64,000 nt of DNA. It comes from Candidatus Dojkabacteria bacterium. GTDB lineage: Bacteria; Patescibacteriota; Dojkabacteria; SC72. The stretch spans positions 529,073-593,072 of the forward strand of contig JBMNHC010000001.1 of NCBI GenBank assembly GCA_050950165.1, given 5' to 3'. Each line of letters starts with the position of its first letter. Positions within the stretch are counted from its first letter, which is position 1. This document shows positions 18,567-28,495 of this stretch, one piece after another. The position numbers and the translations under genes were made by a program. The notes beneath the pieces are model-generated. The model saw only the letters and a program-made list of their open reading frames with translations, made no database searches and was not told the DNA's origin.

Positions 18567-19268
18567 TTATCTTAACAGATGTAGAAAAAGATTCTCAAGA
18601 ATCAATCTCTTATTCCCGTTAGCTCTTAATCTTTTCTGTGCTAAAAGTATCTGCTCTATATTAAAAGCTACCTCCATTATACCTCTTTTTTCAACTAAAT
18701 TCCTCTCCAAAAGAGATTGATAGTAAAGCTCTAAGTCTTTAAGAAGTTGCTCAGTAGCTGATTTCTCTTTCGCTATCTTCTCTATTCTCTCGAATGCTTC
18801 TACTAAGTCTAGTGAGAGTATTTCAATATTACTCTCTTGCGAAATAGTATCTGCTATCTCTTTGGTATAAAGCTTGAGAGATCTAGAGAGTACTGTAGGT
18901 AAAAGGTCTTTTTCGTTTTTTGTAATTAATATGTATACGGTATTGGCAGAGGTATCTTCTAATGTCTTAAGGAGAGAGTTTTGAGCTTGATGAGTTAGTT
19001 TAGATGCATCTAAGATATATGCGATCTGTACCTTCTCTTGAAATGGTGTAAGACGCATATCCTTTTGCAAATCCTTTACCTCTTCTATCCCTATACTACT
19101 CTTTTGTGCTCCATCTAGGATATGAATATCAGGATTCTTTTCATCAAAGATTTCATCCATATCTACATCTCGTTTCCATAGCTTTTCTAAAAGAGATTTT
19201 AATATCTTAGAGATATTCTTTTCACTATTACCTACAATTAAGTATGTCATTGTGATAGATTGTAGCAT
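18567..19268 (-). CDS. holB: DNA polymerase III delta-prime-like clamp-loader subunit (no Walker A)
   Basis: 233 aa; SLLKTLEDTSANTVYILITKNEKDLLPTVLSRS matches the LLKTLEEPP...LLPTIxSRC clamp-loader box; lacks the GxxGxGK P-loop, as is typical of delta-prime. Confidence 0.5.
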   Translation of the reverse strand: MLQSITMTYLIVGNSEKNISKILKSLLEKLWKRDVDMDEIFDEKNPDIHILDGAQKSSIGIEEVKDLQKDMRLTPFQEKVQIAYILDASKLTHQAQNSLLKTLEDTSANTVYILITKNEKDLLPTVLSRSLKLYTKEIADTISQESNIEILSLDLVEAFERIEKIAKEKSATEQLLKDLELYYQSLLERNLVEKRGIMEVAFNIEQILLAQKRLRANGNKRLILENLFLHLLR

Positions 19269-19283
19269 ATACTTAAAAGTAAA

Positions 19284-20354
19284 TTGAAAGGAGAGAATAT
19301 GAATCTAAAGATTAAAGAGATAGATGATGCACACTTGTGGGATGAGTTTGTTAAGTCATCTCCAAATTCAAGTTTTTTACAATCATGGAATTGGGGTGTG
19401 TATCAAGAGATAGGGTTGGGTAGGAAAACAATTAGGCTTTCCTTTTGGAAAGACGAAGAACTTGTTGCTCTAGCTGCTGGGTATGAGATTAATCAGACAT
19501 TTGGAAAATATCTATACTTTTCAAGAGGTCCGATACTGAAAGAATTAAACCAATCTCTCTATCGTGAGGTACTCTTAGCTATGAAAGAATATTTCTTTGC
19601 ATCAGAGTATCTATTTTTTAAAATAGATCCAGCTATAGAGGTGGAGAATAGAGTAGCTTCTCTTCCCTACTCTTTGGGATTTAAAAAATGTTTCAACTAT
19701 ATCCAACCTGAAACTCCTTGGATGATAGATTTAGTTGGTGATACTGAGCAAGAACTTCTTGATTGGTGTCAAGATCACGGTATGCACAAAAACTATCCTA
19801 CATATATTCGTCGTGCAAGGAGGCTTGGTGTTAAAGTAAAGTTTTCTAAAGAGTTACCTGATTGGAAACTGTTTACTCACTATCTTATGAAAAGTTCTGA
19901 AACAAAAGAATTTGCTACTCAAGATGCTAACTACTATCTTAAACAGCTTAAATATTTAGGAGAGACTGATGAAGTAAGACTAGCTATGGTGTCATATTTA
20001 AATGAGCCTGTCGCTATGTTAGTACTCTCTTACTTTGGAGATGAAGTCTCCTGTCTGTACAGTTGTCAGACTGGTATGCACAGGAAGGTTAGAGGCCCTA
20101 TGCTTCTTAGATGGGAGTGTATGCTACAAGGACGAAGAGAAGGTTTTAAATATTTTAATTCGTGGGATGTACTTCCTGATGAGAAATACTCTCCTAGAAG
20201 TAAGAGGTATGGATACTCTAACTTTAAGAGAGGTTTTGGAGGGTATTTAGTTAGATATGCAAGAACAGCAGATTACCCAATTAAAAAGGGTAAATACTTT
20301 TTAGTACAACTTTTAGATCTGTACAGAAGTATTAGGTATTACAAAGATAGGTAG
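19284..20354 (+). CDS. FemAB-family peptidoglycan interpeptide-bridge aminoacyltransferase (FemX-like)
   Basis: 356 aa; N-terminal SFLQSWNWG...YLYFSRGP region resembles the FemX/FemA substrate-binding region; size and GNAT-like duplication are consistent. Confidence 0.65.
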   Translation: MKGENMNLKIKEIDDAHLWDEFVKSSPNSSFLQSWNWGVYQEIGLGRKTIRLSFWKDEELVALAAGYEINQTFGKYLYFSRGPILKELNQSLYREVLLAMKEYFFASEYLFFKIDPAIEVENRVASLPYSLGFKKCFNYIQPETPWMIDLVGDTEQELLDWCQDHGMHKNYPTYIRRARRLGVKVKFSKELPDWKLFTHYLMKSSETKEFATQDANYYLKQLKYLGETDEVRLAMVSYLNEPVAMLVLSYFGDEVSCLYSCQTGMHRKVRGPMLLRWECMLQGRREGFKYFNSWDVLPDEKYSPRSKRYGYSNFKRGFGGYLVRYARTADYPIKKGKYFLVQLLDLYRSIRYYKDR

Positions 20355-20404
20355 ATGCTTGTGTTTTCTCTCTCCTTTCTATACACTATTAACATGTAAA
20401 TTCT

Positions 20405-22222
20405 TTGACTGCCCAAGTGTCTAGAGAAACTTTGTTGCAATATTTACAAAAGAAAGGTGTAATCAGCGAGAGTGATGCTGCTCGTATACAGGTAGAGAGA
20501 ACGAAAACTCCTAAGAGTGAAGAAGCGATAATTAGGGAGATGGGGTTAGCGGATAATCTTACCATTGCACAAGCTAAGTCTGAACTTTTTAAGATACCGT
20601 TTGTAGATCTTACACAGATCTCAATACCAGAGAGTACCATAGCTGAGGTACCTATAGATAATCTAAAGAAATATGGTGCTGTACCTTTTGAACGAAGTAC
20701 TAATTCTGTAAAGCTTGCTATGCTTGACCCTTTTGATGTGCAAGCTACTCAAGCACTACAGAGAAGATATCCTCCTGGTACTAGACTAGAGGTACATATT
20801 GCTACAGAGGAAGGAATCTCATATGTTTTGGATAGAAGAATTGGTGATGTAATGAGTACAGAAGTTACAGAGGCTTTGGAGGAGGTAGATGTTCCAGTCC
20901 AAGATATTACTGCAGAGGATCCTAATCTGATTAACAGTAGTGATCTGAAAAATGCTCCTGTAGCAAGGATTGTGAATTCAATAATGCAGTATGCGGTAAC
21001 CTCTAAAAGCTCAGATATCCATATTGAACCTATGGAGAATAGGCTTAGAGTTAGATTTAGGATTCATGGAATAATGACAGAGAGATTAACCTTGCCAAAG
21101 ACATTGGGTCCAGCAGTAGTCTCTCGTGTAAAGATTCTTTCTAATCTTAAAATAGATGAAAAGCGTATACCCCAAGACGGTAGGTTTCAGGTAAAGATGA
21201 GTAATGTGAAGGTAGATATTCGTGTCTCCATAATGCCAACCATTTTTGGAGAGAAGGTAGTTATGCGTCTTTTAGAGTCAGATACAACAGGAATTACACT
21301 AGAGGGAACAGGTCTTAGAGGTAATGGATACAAGGTGTTTCTAGATGCACTTAGTGTAACTAACGGTATTGTACTTGTGACAGGACCTACAGGTAGTGGT
21401 AAGACAAGAACATTGGCGTGTTCTTTAATGAAGGTAAATGATCCTAAGGTTAATATAATATCGTTGGAAAACCCAGTAGAGATTCGTATTCCTGGTGTTA
21501 CACAGATTCAGATTAATCCTGATGTAGGCTTAACATTTGCAACAGGTTTAAGATCTGTACTTAGGCAAGATCCTGATGTTGTAATGGTCGGAGAGATTAG
21601 AGATGAAGAGACTGCAGAGTTAGCTGTACAGGCATCTCTAACAGGGCACTTAGTTCTCTCTACTCTACATACCAACAGTGCTCCTGCCGCCATTCCAAGG
21701 CTTCTAGATATGGGAATAGAGTCATATCTTTTAGCTTCAACAATTAGAGTAATTGCAGCTCAGCGTTTACCTAGAAGAATATGTAAGCACTGTATAGAAG
21801 CGTATCCTGCTATGCCAGAGGTAGTAGCTAATATTTTGGAGCATCTTTCAGATATTAAAGGTTTTGATTTAGTTCAATATTTAACCAGGATGGTGGCATC
21901 TAAAAAACAGAGAGCAGAAGAAGGTTCTGCAGTACTTAAGGCTCCAGAGGTTGGACCAGATGGTAAACCAATAATATATCTTTACAAAGGTGCAGGTTGT
22001 GATAGGTGTGGTGGCTCTGGATATTCTGGGCGTATTGGTATATTTGAGGTACTAGATGTGAATGAGAAGATAAGTAGGATGGTAATGGAGAATGTAACTG
22101 CTCAAGATATTGAAAATGAAGCACGAGCTAACGGTATGATTACAATGATTCAAGATGGATACCTAAAAGTACTAGAGGGCTTAACAAGTATAGAGGAGGT
22201 CTTGAGAGTTTCTAAAGAATAA
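20405..22222 (+). CDS. pilB: type IV pilus assembly ATPase PilB (GspE family)
   Basis: 605 aa; N-terminal GSPII-type domain, Walker A (VTGPTGSGKT), Asp and His boxes (RQDPDVVMVGEIRD, LVLSTLHTNSA) and tetracysteine Zn motif (CKHC...CDRCGGSG). Confidence 0.9.
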   Translation: MTAQVSRETLLQYLQKKGVISESDAARIQVERTKTPKSEEAIIREMGLADNLTIAQAKSELFKIPFVDLTQISIPESTIAEVPIDNLKKYGAVPFERSTNSVKLAMLDPFDVQATQALQRRYPPGTRLEVHIATEEGISYVLDRRIGDVMSTEVTEALEEVDVPVQDITAEDPNLINSSDLKNAPVARIVNSIMQYAVTSKSSDIHIEPMENRLRVRFRIHGIMTERLTLPKTLGPAVVSRVKILSNLKIDEKRIPQDGRFQVKMSNVKVDIRVSIMPTIFGEKVVMRLLESDTTGITLEGTGLRGNGYKVFLDALSVTNGIVLVTGPTGSGKTRTLACSLMKVNDPKVNIISLENPVEIRIPGVTQIQINPDVGLTFATGLRSVLRQDPDVVMVGEIRDEETAELAVQASLTGHLVLSTLHTNSAPAAIPRLLDMGIESYLLASTIRVIAAQRLPRRICKHCIEAYPAMPEVVANILEHLSDIKGFDLVQYLTRMVASKKQRAEEGSAVLKAPEVGPDGKPIIYLYKGAGCDRCGGSGYSGRIGIFEVLDVNEKISRMVMENVTAQDIENEARANGMITMIQDGYLKVLEGLTSIEEVLRVSKE

Positions 22223-22240
22223 TTTAATATGTACTAAGTA

Positions 22241-23782
22241 ATGGATAATAATACTGCCCAGAATAATACAATAGGATACCCAGATATTGCTGCACCAAGC
22301 AGTCCTACTCAGACACCTCCTAGTGATGCTCAGATGCTTTCAGATCTTGCTAATCAACTAAAACAGATACAAAGTTCAAATCAAACTTCTACTCAAGATA
22401 CACCAACTCCTAGTACTCCTCCTCCAGTACAGACTCCAGCTCCTACTTCAGAAGAACCTAAATTTGAACTCCCTACTCAACCTGCTCCTGCTCCAACAAA
22501 TATTGCGACTGCAGATAGTGTTGGTGTTGTAAGAGGTTCTCTTGAAGATATTATGCCTGGAGATAAAAAGCCTAAGGCTTTTGAGAGAACTCCTAAAACA
22601 CATAGTGTAGCAAAACCTATACAAGAGCCTAGTAATGCAATGAAGACAATTAGAAAAGATGCTTTATCTCAATCTAATAATCAGAATTCTCAGGTGGTAA
22701 ATACTACAGAAGGAATTAAACACAACAGTATTGATGAGTTATTAAAGATAGCTATTCAGAATAATGCATCTGATCTGCACATTAGTGTAGGATACCCCCC
22801 TATTATGCGTGTAGATGGTACTTTGAAAAATATCAACGAAACTATCATTACTCCTCAGGATGCAGAAGAGTTAATATTTCCCATACTCTCTGATGAGAAG
22901 AAAGAGTTGTTAGAGGTAAACAGAGAGATTGATTTAGCATATTTTCATCAGGGAGAGAGTTCTGCAAGGTTTAGAGTAAATGCATACTTCTCTATGAAAA
23001 ATCTTGCTGCGGCATTTAGGTTAATACCTTCTAGAGTAAAGACCATTGAAGAGCTTCTGCTACCTCAGATGTACCACCAGTTTAGTCAGCTAAAACAGGG
23101 ATTAATACTTGTTACTGGTCCTACAGGACACGGTAAAAGTACTACCCTAGCCGCTATACTTGAGGATGTTAACAGAACTAGACATTCACATATTGTCACT
23201 ATTGAAGATCCAATTGAATATGTATTTGAAGGAAAAAGAGCTCTCATTGACCAAAGAGAGATGAATGATGATACCCACTCTTGGAGTATTGCACTGCGTA
23301 GTGCACTACGACAAGACCCAGATGTAATTCTTGTAGGTGAGATGAGGGACTATGAAACCATTGCAGCAACTATTACTCTTGCAGAGACAGGACACTTAGT
23401 GTTTGCAACTCTACATACAAACAACTCTGCACAAACGATAGATAGAATAATAGATGTATTCCCAGATAACCAGCAACCACAGATTAGATCTCAGCTATCT
23501 AATATTTTAGAAGCAATTGTTTCTCAGAGATTAGTACCACTAGACAAGGGAGGCAGAAGAGCAGTATCTGAAATTCTCATTGCTAATCCTGCAGTTCGAA
23601 ATCTAATTAGAGAAGCAAAGACTCACCAGATAGATAATGTAATTAGAACTAGCTCTGATGTTGGTATGGTATCTTTAGAGAGATCCTTAGTAAACTTAGT
23701 TAGAGAGGGAGTAATATCTGTACAGAAAGCTCAAGAGTATTCAATATATCCTGAGGAGGTTTTAAGATTATTAAAAAGTTAA
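22241..23782 (+). CDS. pilT: twitching-motility ATPase PilT with about 160-aa Pro/Thr/Ser/Gln-rich N-terminal extension
   Basis: 513 aa; PilT core (VTGPTGHGKSTT, RQDPDVILVGEMRD, LVFATLHTN) preceded by a low-complexity disordered region. Confidence 0.85.
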   Translation: MDNNTAQNNTIGYPDIAAPSSPTQTPPSDAQMLSDLANQLKQIQSSNQTSTQDTPTPSTPPPVQTPAPTSEEPKFELPTQPAPAPTNIATADSVGVVRGSLEDIMPGDKKPKAFERTPKTHSVAKPIQEPSNAMKTIRKDALSQSNNQNSQVVNTTEGIKHNSIDELLKIAIQNNASDLHISVGYPPIMRVDGTLKNINETIITPQDAEELIFPILSDEKKELLEVNREIDLAYFHQGESSARFRVNAYFSMKNLAAAFRLIPSRVKTIEELLLPQMYHQFSQLKQGLILVTGPTGHGKSTTLAAILEDVNRTRHSHIVTIEDPIEYVFEGKRALIDQREMNDDTHSWSIALRSALRQDPDVILVGEMRDYETIAATITLAETGHLVFATLHTNNSAQTIDRIIDVFPDNQQPQIRSQLSNILEAIVSQRLVPLDKGGRRAVSEILIANPAVRNLIREAKTHQIDNVIRTSSDVGMVSLERSLVNLVREGVISVQKAQEYSIYPEEVLRLLKS

Positions 23783-23785
23783 GAG

Positions 23786-25027
23786 ATGAAAAAATTTAAA
23801 TATTCAGCAAGAGATAGTCAAGGAAAAGAAGTTAAGGGTAAGATTGAGGCTAAGGACAAAGAGGCTCTGACAGAGATACTGCATGATAGAGGGTTAATTG
23901 TAGTTAGTATTAAAGAAGAACTAACTTTTGATTTACAGGATTTAGCGGAGATAAATATTGGTGGTGTACCAATGAAAGACAAGGTCGTCTTTATGAGACA
24001 GATGGCAACAATGGTTAGTGCAGGTTTACCTCTGACTAGAGCTCTGGAGATTATGGAACAGCAGATAGAGAATCCTGCTTTTAGAAAGATTATTTCAGAA
24101 GTAAAAGCTTCTGTAGAATCAGGAGAGAGTCTTTCAGACTCATTTAGGCAGGCAGAGAATGTATTCGATGATGTCTCTCTAAACCTTATTGAAGCTGGTG
24201 AGTCTAGTGGTAACTTAGATACAATTTTAACTAAGTTAGCAACTGAGCTTGAAGAGAGTAAAAAGTTATCAGACAAACTAAGAGGGGCTTTGATATATCC
24301 AATTATTATTCTTGTTGTTATCGTAGTAGTAGTTTTAATGTTGATGTTTGTACTGGTGCCTTCCATGGCAGAGATCTATGCAGACTTTGGTGCAGAGCTT
24401 CCATGGGTGACTAGGTTTTTAATATCTATGAGTAATTTTGCTATTAAATATTGGTGGGCAATACTTCTTGTTATAGCTATAGTGGTAATTGGAAGTAAGG
24501 CATATTTAGATACTCCTGGTGGGAAGAGGAATAAGGATAAGATTATTCTTAAGATGCCGATTGTAGGAGGTATAGTGACTAAGATACAGCTTGCACAGTT
24601 TACAAGACTCTTAGGATTGCTTCTAAGTAGTGGTTTGGCAATTATTAGAGCATTAGAATTAACAGCTCAGTCCTTAAGTAATCAGATGTTTAGGGATGTA
24701 GTAATGGCTTCTAGAGATGATGTTGAGAAGGGAGGGTCATTAGCTATCCCTATTGCTAGGAGTGAATATTTTCCTCTAATCGTTAGTAGTATGATAGCTG
24801 TAGGTGAAGAGACGGGTGAGCTGGATTCTGTTTTAGCTAAGGTTGCACAGTACTACAAAGATGAGGTAGATGTAGCTACTTCTAGTATGTCTACTATTTT
24901 AGAGCCAGTATTTCTTGTTGTAATGGGTTTAGTTATTGCATTTATTGCTATGGCTGTGTATATGCCTATGTTCCAACTTTCAGAGGTGATGTCCATGGTA
25001 GTTGACATTGTTTCAATGGTTGTGTAA
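23786..25027 (+). CDS. pilC: type IV pilus inner-membrane platform protein PilC (GspF family)
   Basis: 413 aa with two T2SSF-type repeats and three TM segments; positioned after pilB/pilT. Confidence 0.85.
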   Translation: MKKFKYSARDSQGKEVKGKIEAKDKEALTEILHDRGLIVVSIKEELTFDLQDLAEINIGGVPMKDKVVFMRQMATMVSAGLPLTRALEIMEQQIENPAFRKIISEVKASVESGESLSDSFRQAENVFDDVSLNLIEAGESSGNLDTILTKLATELEESKKLSDKLRGALIYPIIILVVIVVVVLMLMFVLVPSMAEIYADFGAELPWVTRFLISMSNFAIKYWWAILLVIAIVVIGSKAYLDTPGGKRNKDKIILKMPIVGGIVTKIQLAQFTRLLGLLLSSGLAIIRALELTAQSLSNQMFRDVVMASRDDVEKGGSLAIPIARSEYFPLIVSSMIAVGEETGELDSVLAKVAQYYKDEVDVATSSMSTILEPVFLVVMGLVIAFIAMAVYMPMFQLSEVMSMVVDIVSMVV

Positions 25028-25082
25028 TTTTAATGTAGTAGCTAATTTATTTTATATAAATTATTTTTATATTTTTACTAAT

Positions 25083-25640
25083 ATGAATAGAAGATATTCA
25101 GCGTTTACACTCGTAGAAATGCTTATCGTCATGGGTATCCTCATCATCCTTATGGCTGTAGGTATTACTGCAGGTAGATTTGCAATTAATAGAGCTAATG
25201 ATGTAGCTCACCAGAATGCAGCAGATCAATTATATACTGCTATGCAGGCTTACTATACAGATGAAAGAGAGTTCCCTGATAATAGTGCAGAAAGTTGGAC
25301 TTTTGGTGATGCATTAGCAACAGGTGGAGATCTCTCTGAGTATATGGGTGATGGAGAATTTACTGGTGGTACAGATGCTACATTCTACTACTGGAGATCA
25401 GCAGGAGATGCGGGTTCTGCTACTGCAGAAGGACAAGCTATTTTGGTTTGTGTTTCTTTAGGTGGACTTCTTGATGAGTCTGCGAGAGGTTTCTATTGTA
25501 CTGGTAATGGATTTGGTAGCGAAGTCTCTGGTATTGATGATAAAAATGTACCAAACCCTGATGGTTCGCTTGAAGCTCCAGGATTTACTGGTACTGGAAC
25601 TACAACACAACAAAATTGGGAAACAAAGGCTTGGAAGTAA
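25083..25640 (+). CDS. type IV (major) pilin, copy 1
   Basis: class III signal MNRRYSA/FTLVEMLIVMGILIIL with Glu at +5; the ORF-track start at 25002 overlaps pilC and was trimmed to the ATG at 25083; paralog of 26479..27039. Confidence 0.8.
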   Translation: MNRRYSAFTLVEMLIVMGILIILMAVGITAGRFAINRANDVAHQNAADQLYTAMQAYYTDEREFPDNSAESWTFGDALATGGDLSEYMGDGEFTGGTDATFYYWRSAGDAGSATAEGQAILVCVSLGGLLDESARGFYCTGNGFGSEVSGIDDKNVPNPDGSLEAPGFTGTGTTTQQNWETKAWK

Positions 25641-25664
25641 CAAAGACTTTTATAGAAGTAATCT

Positions 25665-25695
25665 AACCCCCTCAAATGAGGGGGTTTTCTTTTCT
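25665..25695 (+). terminator. strong rho-independent terminator after the major pilin gene
   Basis: CCCCCTC-AAAT-GAGGGGG hairpin followed by TTTTCTTTTCTT. Confidence 0.7.
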
Positions 25696-25717
25696 TGGTA
25701 TATGGATATAATGGGAT

Positions 25718-26482
25718 ATGCATATATATATATCTGTAGTTATCTTTGTTTTAGGTTTAGTATTAGCTAGTTTTTTAAATGCTTTACTTTATAGAATAGA
25801 TAATGGATATAAATATCCAGATATCTTTCTAAAAGGCTCTCACTGTGAAAGATGCTCTAAACAGTTAAGATGGTTTGAACTAATACCTGTACTCTCCTAC
25901 TTTCTTTTTTTAGGTAAATGTAGACAGTGTAAGTATAGAGTACCTCTTTACTATCCTGTATCTGAGTTTGTAATGGGTCTCTCTTTTGCCTCTATATATT
26001 TCTTCTTACAACCTTGGTCCTTTTATTTTATAGTAATATTTCTTTTCTCTCTTTCATATTTTGATAGAAGGTATAAAGAGATACCTCAAGATATTGTTCA
26101 TGCTTTTTTAATATTTAGTTTTTTTACCTTTGTTTTACTTACAGTAGCTAATGGAGGTGTAATATCTAATTCTTTGCTACTGGCCTTGGGATTCTGTTTA
26201 GCTGTATTTCTGCTTAGCAAGATTATTAAGAAAGATTTCGGAATCGGTGACCTATTAGTAATATTCTCTCTTGGATTTTTACTAACTAACTCACAACTAC
26301 TCTCCTTCATATATATATTTCTTTTACTCTCTTTGCTCTACTGCGTAGTAATGATACTTTTAAAAAAGATTACTATTAAATCTGTGATACCCCTACTCCC
26401 CCTAATGTATATATCTTTCTGTTTAATGGTAATATGTAATGAGAAGGTTGAGATAATTTTGAGTAAGATTTTAAATATATGA
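25718..26482 (+). CDS. pilD: prepilin peptidase PilD (peptidase A24)
   Basis: 254 aa polytopic; N-terminal CxxC...CxxC zinc motif (CERCSKQ...CRQCKYR) and GIGD aspartyl-protease motif. Confidence 0.8.
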   Translation: MHIYISVVIFVLGLVLASFLNALLYRIDNGYKYPDIFLKGSHCERCSKQLRWFELIPVLSYFLFLGKCRQCKYRVPLYYPVSEFVMGLSFASIYFFLQPWSFYFIVIFLFSLSYFDRRYKEIPQDIVHAFLIFSFFTFVLLTVANGGVISNSLLLALGFCLAVFLLSKIIKKDFGIGDLLVIFSLGFLLTNSQLLSFIYIFLLLSLLYCVVMILLKKITIKSVIPLLPLMYISFCLMVICNEKVEIILSKILNI

Positions 26483-27039
26483 GATACAAAGGGTTTACAT
26501 TAGTAGAAGTTCTGATTGTAATGGGTATATTGATAATATTAATTGCAATCGGTATTGCAGTAGGTAGATTTGCAATTCAGAGAGCCAACAGAGTACATCA
26601 TCAAGATGCAGTAGATCAACTCTATACTGCCTTAGCAAAGTATAAACTGGATAACAAAGAGTATCCTAGATTAGGTAGTTGCTCTAGTTGTATACAAGAA
26701 CAATTCTTTGCAGAAGCTTTAGGACTCAAAGGTGTAAAAGACATTCTTAAACCCTACTATGAAGAAGGAGTATTCGATGGTGGTACAGATGCAACCTACT
26801 ACTACTATGTAGATGAAATTAATGCTCAATTTGCAATTGTATGTGTATCACTAGGAGGAATAGATGATGAAGCAGGTTTAGGTTTTTACTGTACAGGAGA
26901 TGGTATCGGAAGCCAACCTCCTAGTAGTCCTCTGAATGATAAAAATATAGATAGTGAGAGTACTATAGATGTAAATGTTGTTAGAGGCTTTGATGCATCA
27001 GATTGGAAGCGAGATGGAGGGTTTGCTTCTTTGAGATAG
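26479..27039 (+). CDS. type IV (major) pilin, copy 2
   Basis: MRYKG/FTLVEVLIVMGILIIL canonical prepilin signal; conserved blocks shared with copy 1 (HQxAxDQLYTA, GGTDATxYY, VCVSLGG, GFYCTGxG). Confidence 0.8.
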   Translation: MRYKGFTLVEVLIVMGILIILIAIGIAVGRFAIQRANRVHHQDAVDQLYTALAKYKLDNKEYPRLGSCSSCIQEQFFAEALGLKGVKDILKPYYEEGVFDGGTDATYYYYVDEINAQFAIVCVSLGGIDDEAGLGFYCTGDGIGSQPPSSPLNDKNIDSESTIDVNVVRGFDASDWKRDGGFASLR

Positions 27040-27101
27040 TTCTTGTTAAGTACGTCATTTTTTGCTAAATTAGATGTAGTTAAATATATATTAACTAAAG
27101 A

Positions 27102-27905
27102 ATGAATCGTAGATCTGCCCAATATTCTGGATATACTCTAGCTGAGATATTAGTAGTTTTGATAGTTATTATCATCCTTGGTAGTATGGGAGCTTTTGCC
27201 TTTGGCGGATTAAGAGATTCTGTACTTGTTAAACAGGGTATTGAAGGAATTAAACAAGATTTACAGCTTGTTCAGCAGAAAGCTATGCTTATTGAGAAAA
27301 GTTCAGGTGAGGGATGGATATATGGAATAGGTATAGATTTTACTGCGATGTCGGAAGGTAAATATACTTTTATAAAATGGTGTTCTCCTTTTGCTGAATA
27401 TGGTGATGTAATGACAAGAGATGAGCTATTAGCCTTTGATAGAAGTCATAAGGTGGGGACTAATCTCTCTAGTGGTGCAGGTTTGAATGCTACTCTTCCT
27501 ACTAGTTCATCGGACTTTGACCCTTCTGGATCATGTAGCAGAGACACAACAATTACGAGTCCTTCGTATCTCACACACGTGCCTGGTATGGAACCAGGAA
27601 AGATTAGTGCAGGCTATGATATCGGCCTGCTCAAATCTAATGATGAAGAAGCTGTAGTCCCTTCATATATTATCTTCGAAGCTGTAACAGGTAGGGTATT
27701 CCTTTACGGTAAAGATGGATATCCAATTAATTATAACCAAGATGGAAAGTTTAGCCCTACTAGACAACTAGAGATTTTAATATCTCGAAACAGAGGGAAA
27801 TTAGCAGACCATATTCAAGTAGCAGCTCTTTCTGGAAGAGTAACACACAATGTCTTGGATGATGTTGAGAGTATAAATATTTTAAAAAATAGATTGGATA
27901 AGTAA
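27102..27905 (+). CDS. minor pilin / pseudopilin
   Basis: prepilin-type N-terminus YSG/YTLAEILVVLIVIIIL with Glu +5; 267 aa. Confidence 0.65.
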   Translation: MNRRSAQYSGYTLAEILVVLIVIIILGSMGAFAFGGLRDSVLVKQGIEGIKQDLQLVQQKAMLIEKSSGEGWIYGIGIDFTAMSEGKYTFIKWCSPFAEYGDVMTRDELLAFDRSHKVGTNLSSGAGLNATLPTSSSDFDPSGSCSRDTTITSPSYLTHVPGMEPGKISAGYDIGLLKSNDEEAVVPSYIIFEAVTGRVFLYGKDGYPINYNQDGKFSPTRQLEILISRNRGKLADHIQVAALSGRVTHNVLDDVESINILKNRLDK

Positions 27906-28495
27906 TGAGAAAGATTTTTAGAAGAAAATATAAAGGATTGGGTTTTGTAGAATCCCTTATTGCTATCATGGTCTCAGGTATTGTAGCTACAGTCCTTATC
28001 AATATCTCTGTTAGTGCAATGAGAGAGCTCTCTAGACTAGATGTAGAGGATGCACAGGCTCACTATGCTAGATCTACTGCTGTAATTGTTCAAAATATTG
28101 CTAGTAGAGAGAGACTAAGGATAATAGATAATCCTGAAGATAGTGGAACTAATATATTTTACAGCATGCGAGCAGGTACATGTTATGTTTTAGAAAAGAA
28201 TAGTTCAAATGAATATGTTTTTAAATCTGGAGTAGATGGTAAACCAGAACCAGTTACTGTTGGTAGAGAGGTATACAAAGATGAAGACGCAGTAATTTAT
28301 GATGAGAATGGAGAGAAAACAGACTACTTTAGAATTATATGTATAGCTAACAATACAAGAGCAGATGCAGACCCAGGAAATGATACAAACAAAGTCTTAA
28401 TTAAAATCACTATTGGTTTTAATAGAGTAACTGGTCTTTTAAGTACCGCTTCTGATGTTAGAGATTATGACTATTTTGCTGTAATAAATCTATGA
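27905..28495 (+). CDS. minor pilin-like protein
   Basis: N-terminal KYKGLGFVESLIAIMVSGIVA hydrophobic prepilin-like segment; start overlaps previous stop (TAATG). Confidence 0.55.
   Translation: MRKIFRRKYKGLGFVESLIAIMVSGIVATVLINISVSAMRELSRLDVEDAQAHYARSTAVIVQNIASRERLRIIDNPEDSGTNIFYSMRAGTCYVLEKNSSNEYVFKSGVDGKPEPVTVGREVYKDEDAVIYDENGEKTDYFRIICIANNTRADADPGNDTNKVLIKITIGFNRVTGLLSTASDVRDYDYFAVINL

Noticed and set aside
25002-25082. Upstream extension of the first pilin ORF (track start at 25002)
   Set aside because: The extension overlaps the pilC 3' end and encodes no pilin-like sequence. The ATG at 25083 gives a canonical short prepilin leader (MNRRYSA/FTLVEM).
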